Part shown: one piece after another, positions 60,701 to 64,000 of the stretch
Numbering within the stretch: the first letter of the stretch is position 1
Layout: each line of letters begins with the position of its first letter
NCBI GenBank assembly: GCA_963706595.1
Contig: OY970166.1
Location: 4,064,001 to 4,128,000 of the forward strand
Source: an uncultured cyanobacterium
GTDB lineage: Bacteria; Cyanobacteriota; Cyanobacteriia; Cyanobacteriales; Nostocaceae
Direction: 5' to 3'
DNA length: 64,000 nucleotides
Made by a program: the position numbers and the translations under genes
The notes under the pieces: model-generated
What the model was told of the DNA's origin: nothing
What the model saw: only the letters and a program-made list of their open reading frames with translations
The model's database searches: none

Positions 60701-61807
60701 TTGGTGGTTGAGGAGAGAATAATAGTGCAAAATAGCATGTCATTGGCAGAACCAAATTCATATACACAGCGCAATCAACCAAAACCAATTCGCATAGGCG
60801 TAATTGGGGTAGGTAACATGGGACAACATCACGCTCGTATACTGAGTTCAATGAAAGATGTTGAACTGGTAGGTGTGTCAGATATTAATGTTGAACGAGG
60901 CTTAGAAACAGCTAGCAAATACAAAGGACATTTTTTTGAAGATTACTGTGACCTGCTACCCCATGTAGAAGCAGTTTGTGTTGCGGTCCCCACCCGCCTG
61001 CATTATGCAGTAGGCATCAACTGTCTGTTAGCAGGAATTCATGTTTTGATTGAAAAGCCCATTGCTGCCAGCATTTCTGAGGCAGAATCACTAGTAAATG
61101 CTGCCGCAGATTCTCAGTGCATTCTGCAAGTGGGACATATAGAGCGTTTCAATCCAGCATTTAAAGAACTGAGTAAAGTTCTCAAAACAGAAGATTTGCT
61201 CGCCCTAGAAGCTCATCGCATGAGTCCTTACTCAGACCGGGCCAATGATGTTTCAGTGGTGCTGGATTTAATGATTCACGACATTGACCTGCTATTGGAA
61301 CTAGCTGCTTCTCCAGTGGTAAAGTTAACTGCTAGCGGTACTCGGTCTTTGGATTCTGGTTATTTGGATTACGTGACAGCTACCCTGGGCTTTGCCAATG
61401 GTATTGTTGCCACTTTAACTGCCAGCAAAGTCACTCACCGCAAAATCCGCCGCATCGTGGCTCACTGCAAAAACTCATTTACAGAAGCGGATTTTCTCAA
61501 AAATGAGATTTTAATTCACCGACAAACAAATAACAACACTCTAAACGACCATCGACAAGTGCTTTACAGGCAAGATGGTTTGATCGAGAAAGTTTACACC
61601 ACTAATATTCAACCCCTGAGTGCAGAATTGGAACATTTTGTCAACTGTGTACACGGCGGCAATCAACCCTCAGTAGGTGGTGAACAAGCCCTGAAAGCTC
61701 TGAGATTGGCAAGTTTAATTGAGCAAATGGCCTTGGAAGATCGAGTGTTGAATCCATTAGACTGGCAATCTGAATTGAGAGTGCAGTCATTAACCCCAAT
61801 AGTCTAA
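60701..61807 (+). CDS. Gfo/Idh/MocA family oxidoreductase
   Basis: GVIGVGNMG, IEKP, VGHIERFNP, DLMIHDID; true start probably 60725 or 60737. Confidence 0.92.
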   Translation: MVVEERIIVQNSMSLAEPNSYTQRNQPKPIRIGVIGVGNMGQHHARILSSMKDVELVGVSDINVERGLETASKYKGHFFEDYCDLLPHVEAVCVAVPTRLHYAVGINCLLAGIHVLIEKPIAASISEAESLVNAAADSQCILQVGHIERFNPAFKELSKVLKTEDLLALEAHRMSPYSDRANDVSVVLDLMIHDIDLLLELAASPVVKLTASGTRSLDSGYLDYVTATLGFANGIVATLTASKVTHRKIRRIVAHCKNSFTEADFLKNEILIHRQTNNNTLNDHRQVLYRQDGLIEKVYTTNIQPLSAELEHFVNCVHGGNQPSVGGEQALKALRLASLIEQMALEDRVLNPLDWQSELRVQSLTPIV

Positions 61808-61814
61808 ACGAAGG

Positions 61815-62040
61815 GAATGGGGCATTAGGGAGAAAAGGCAGGGGAGAAGAGGAACGGGGGCAGGGTGCAGGGGAGAAGAGGAAAAGGGGCAGGGGGCAGG
61901 GGGCAGGGGAGAAGAAGAATGGTTGTTAAGTAACCGCAAGTTTAAAATAATTTCTTACTCCCCCTTGCTCCGGTGCGCCCTGCTCCCCTGCCTCTTAACT
62001 CCCCCTTGCTCCGTTGCTACAGTGACCCCCTGCCTCTTTT
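61815..62040. repeat. STRR-flanked dispersed module, copy 2
   Basis: Shares core and flanks with 30157-30290. Confidence 0.75.
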
Positions 62041-62188
62041 TGTCACAAATATTACGCTGAAATTGCTGTTAATGGCTTGGGGAATGTAGAAAGCCCAGAG
62101 CTTCAGGCAAAGCCGGCTTGGGGTAGTTCATGAAAGTTAAGCTAAAGTTATCCACGAGACTGGTGCGACAATTTTAGGAATAAATTCA

Positions 62189-62803
62189 ATGCTCGAATGG
62201 ATAATTAATACTATTAACTCTCTGGGCTATTGGGGAATCGCGCTGCTGATGTTTATCGAGAACCTCTTTCCCCCCATTCCTTCAGAATTGATTATGCCAC
62301 TAGCAGGATTTACGGCTAGGGCAACCCCGGACAAGCTCAATATCTTTGGCGTATTTTTCGCCGGGCTTTTAGGTTCTGTAGTAGGAGCGCTGATCTGGTA
62401 CTATCCAGGTAAGTTTTTGAGTGAACAGCGTTTAATAACTTTAGCTGACAAGTACGGAAAGTGGTTGACGATATCTGGACAGGATATCACTAAGGCCAAG
62501 AACTGGTTTGACAACCAAGGTAGCAAAGCGGTGTTCATTGGTCGCCTTGTACCGGGAGTCCGCACTTTGATTTCTGTTCCCGCAGGCATCAGCAATATGC
62601 ACTTACTGCCATTTGTATTTTATACAACTCTGGGTAGCGCTGTCTGGGTCGGTTTGCTAACATACTTAGGATACGTATTGGGTAGTCAGTATGAACTTGT
62701 AGAAAAGTACCTTGCCCCTGTATCTAAAATTGTGCTTGGGAGTCTGGTACTGGCATTTTTTGGCTGGATACTCAAACGCCAACAGAAAAGCACTAGAAGC
62801 TGA
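62189..62803 (+). CDS. dedA: DedA family membrane protein
   Basis: ENLFPPIPSELIMPLAGF, GRLVPGVRTLISVPAG. Confidence 0.93.
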   Translation: MLEWIINTINSLGYWGIALLMFIENLFPPIPSELIMPLAGFTARATPDKLNIFGVFFAGLLGSVVGALIWYYPGKFLSEQRLITLADKYGKWLTISGQDITKAKNWFDNQGSKAVFIGRLVPGVRTLISVPAGISNMHLLPFVFYTTLGSAVWVGLLTYLGYVLGSQYELVEKYLAPVSKIVLGSLVLAFFGWILKRQQKSTRS

Positions 62804-63064
62804 AATGTGCGGCTTTTAGGTGAAATTGGGGGTTACATCTCGTCAAAATTAACTTACACTATGCCAAATAATGCTGAATTGGCGTTGGCAATCGCGCCAC
62901 CTCTCGTAGAGAAGCCCATAACACCGAAAGGTGTAGCCTCAACGAAACATTTGCCGTAATTCTAGCTACACTTGACGGAGCCGAGAATTTTTGGTGTCTC
63001 GAATGTTTGTCAGATAGGCATGATAAATTTTTAAAGTTAAGTTAACTAAGGATTAGGAGCTTTC

Positions 63065-64000
63065 ATGACAGACCAACCTTCCGCAGCTACCCCAATGAAT
63101 GCCGCTGCCATACCTCTAAATAGGGTGTCAGCATCTACCCCGATGAATGCTAATCCTGCCACCAATAGACCAAATACTGGAGCCGGTAAAACCATTCTCA
63201 GTGTTGATTTAGGCAGAACTTCTACCAAAACTTGTATCAGCCGCGAAGCAGCTAGTGTAGTGTTCGTACCTGCCAATGTTAAGAAAATGTCCATAGAACA
63301 GGTTCGGGGTGGCGTTTTTGAAGCCAGGGCTACTGACCCTCTGATGGATTTATGGCTAGAGTATCAAGGCAATGGATATGCTGTTGGTCAGCTAGCAGCA
63401 GACTTTGGCGCGAATTTAGGAGTCGGCCAATCTAAAGTAGAGGATGCACTCATAAAAGTTTTGGCAAGTGCCGGCTACTTCAAGCTTAAAGACGAAATCT
63501 CAGTTATCCTCGGTCTTCCTTTCCTTTCTTTAGAACAATTTGAAAAGGAAAAAGCTCAGTTGACTAGCCAGGTAACTGGTCCCCATGTCTTGAACTTCCG
63601 AGGCGAATCTTTATCGCTGAATATTACTAAAGTTTGGGTAATGCCAGAAGGTTATGGCAGTCTGCTTTGGTCGGAAGCTCAACCGAAGACAGGTGCTAGA
63701 GTCCCCGATTTCACGAAAATTTCGGTAGCAGTCGTCGATATTGGACATCAAACCATCGACCTTTTGATGGTAGATAACTTCCGTTTTGCTCGCGGTGCTT
63801 CTCAAAGTGAAGATTTTGGGATGAACAAGTTCTATGAAATGGTAGCCGCCGAAATAGACGGAGCTGATAGTCAATCTTTAGCACTGATTACTGCCGTCAA
63901 CAAACCCAAAGGTGAACGCTTCTATCGTCCTAAAGGTGCAAGCAAGCCCACCAATCTGGATGATTTTCTCCCCAACCTGATAGAAATGTTTTCTCGAGAC
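63065..64000 (+). CDS. ParM/StbA-family actin-like ATPase (chromosomal, CorM-like); 3' end lies outside the window
   Basis: Hand translation MTDQPSAATPMN...SVDLGRTSTK...LGLP...VMPEGYG...VDIGHQTID; AGGAG RBS; absent from the ORF track because it has no stop in the window. Confidence 0.88.
   Translation, partial: MTDQPSAATPMNAAAIPLNRVSASTPMNANPATNRPNTGAGKTILSVDLGRTSTKTCISREAASVVFVPANVKKMSIEQVRGGVFEARATDPLMDLWLEYQGNGYAVGQLAADFGANLGVGQSKVEDALIKVLASAGYFKLKDEISVILGLPFLSLEQFEKEKAQLTSQVTGPHVLNFRGESLSLNITKVWVMPEGYGSLLWSEAQPKTGARVPDFTKISVAVVDIGHQTIDLLMVDNFRFARGASQSEDFGMNKFYEMVAAEIDGADSQSLALITAVNKPKGERFYRPKGASKPTNLDDFLPNLIEMFSRD

Noticed and set aside
62085..62132. IS200/IS605-like end (AAGCCC...GGGGTAGTTCA)
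   Set aside because: Too short and degenerate, with no tnpA/tnpB nearby
63046..63874. Two minus-strand ORFs in the track
   Set aside because: Antisense shadows of the ParM-like gene

Overview
Chromosomal window from a heterocyst-forming cyanobacterium (Nostocales; inferred from frequent HIP1 GCGATCGC octamers, STRR heptamer repeats and gene content). The core genes are rluD, cpcBACDEF-cpcG1-G2-G4, ccmP, putA, chlM, a cation/H+ antiporter, nagA, purE, amt, ispH, psb34, thiO/thiG, cimA, a CruA-like cyclase, TPP riboswitch-thiC, pyrE, a tRNA(CAU), queC, dedA and a partial chromosomal ParM/CorM-like gene. Four loci stand out. (1) An AT-rich three-gene operon, HEPN-like protein + KGGVGR-variant ParA/MinD ATPase + P-loop ATPase (25023-28333), is the best candidate for an undescribed defence/conflict system. 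(2) An AT-rich island of glycine-zipper membrane proteins carries a fused ABC exporter and is bordered by a toxin-antitoxin pair and an orphan methylase (47773-54735). (3) A tightly coupled operon of a PruR-like (Mo-pterin-fold) lipoprotein, a HAMP class III nucleotide cyclase and an SDR suggests pterin-responsive cyclic-nucleotide signalling (13569-17084). (4) A Septu-like ABC-ATPase + HNH pair lies at 9461-11287. The window also holds many small mobile repeats: three copies of a 106-bp MITE, a nested MITE with target-site duplication, and composite STRR modules. Repeats have rewritten the CimA C-terminus and split thiO from thiG. Three single-base frameshifts, one in ispH, may be assembly errors. 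All calls come from motif reading only; no searches were run.
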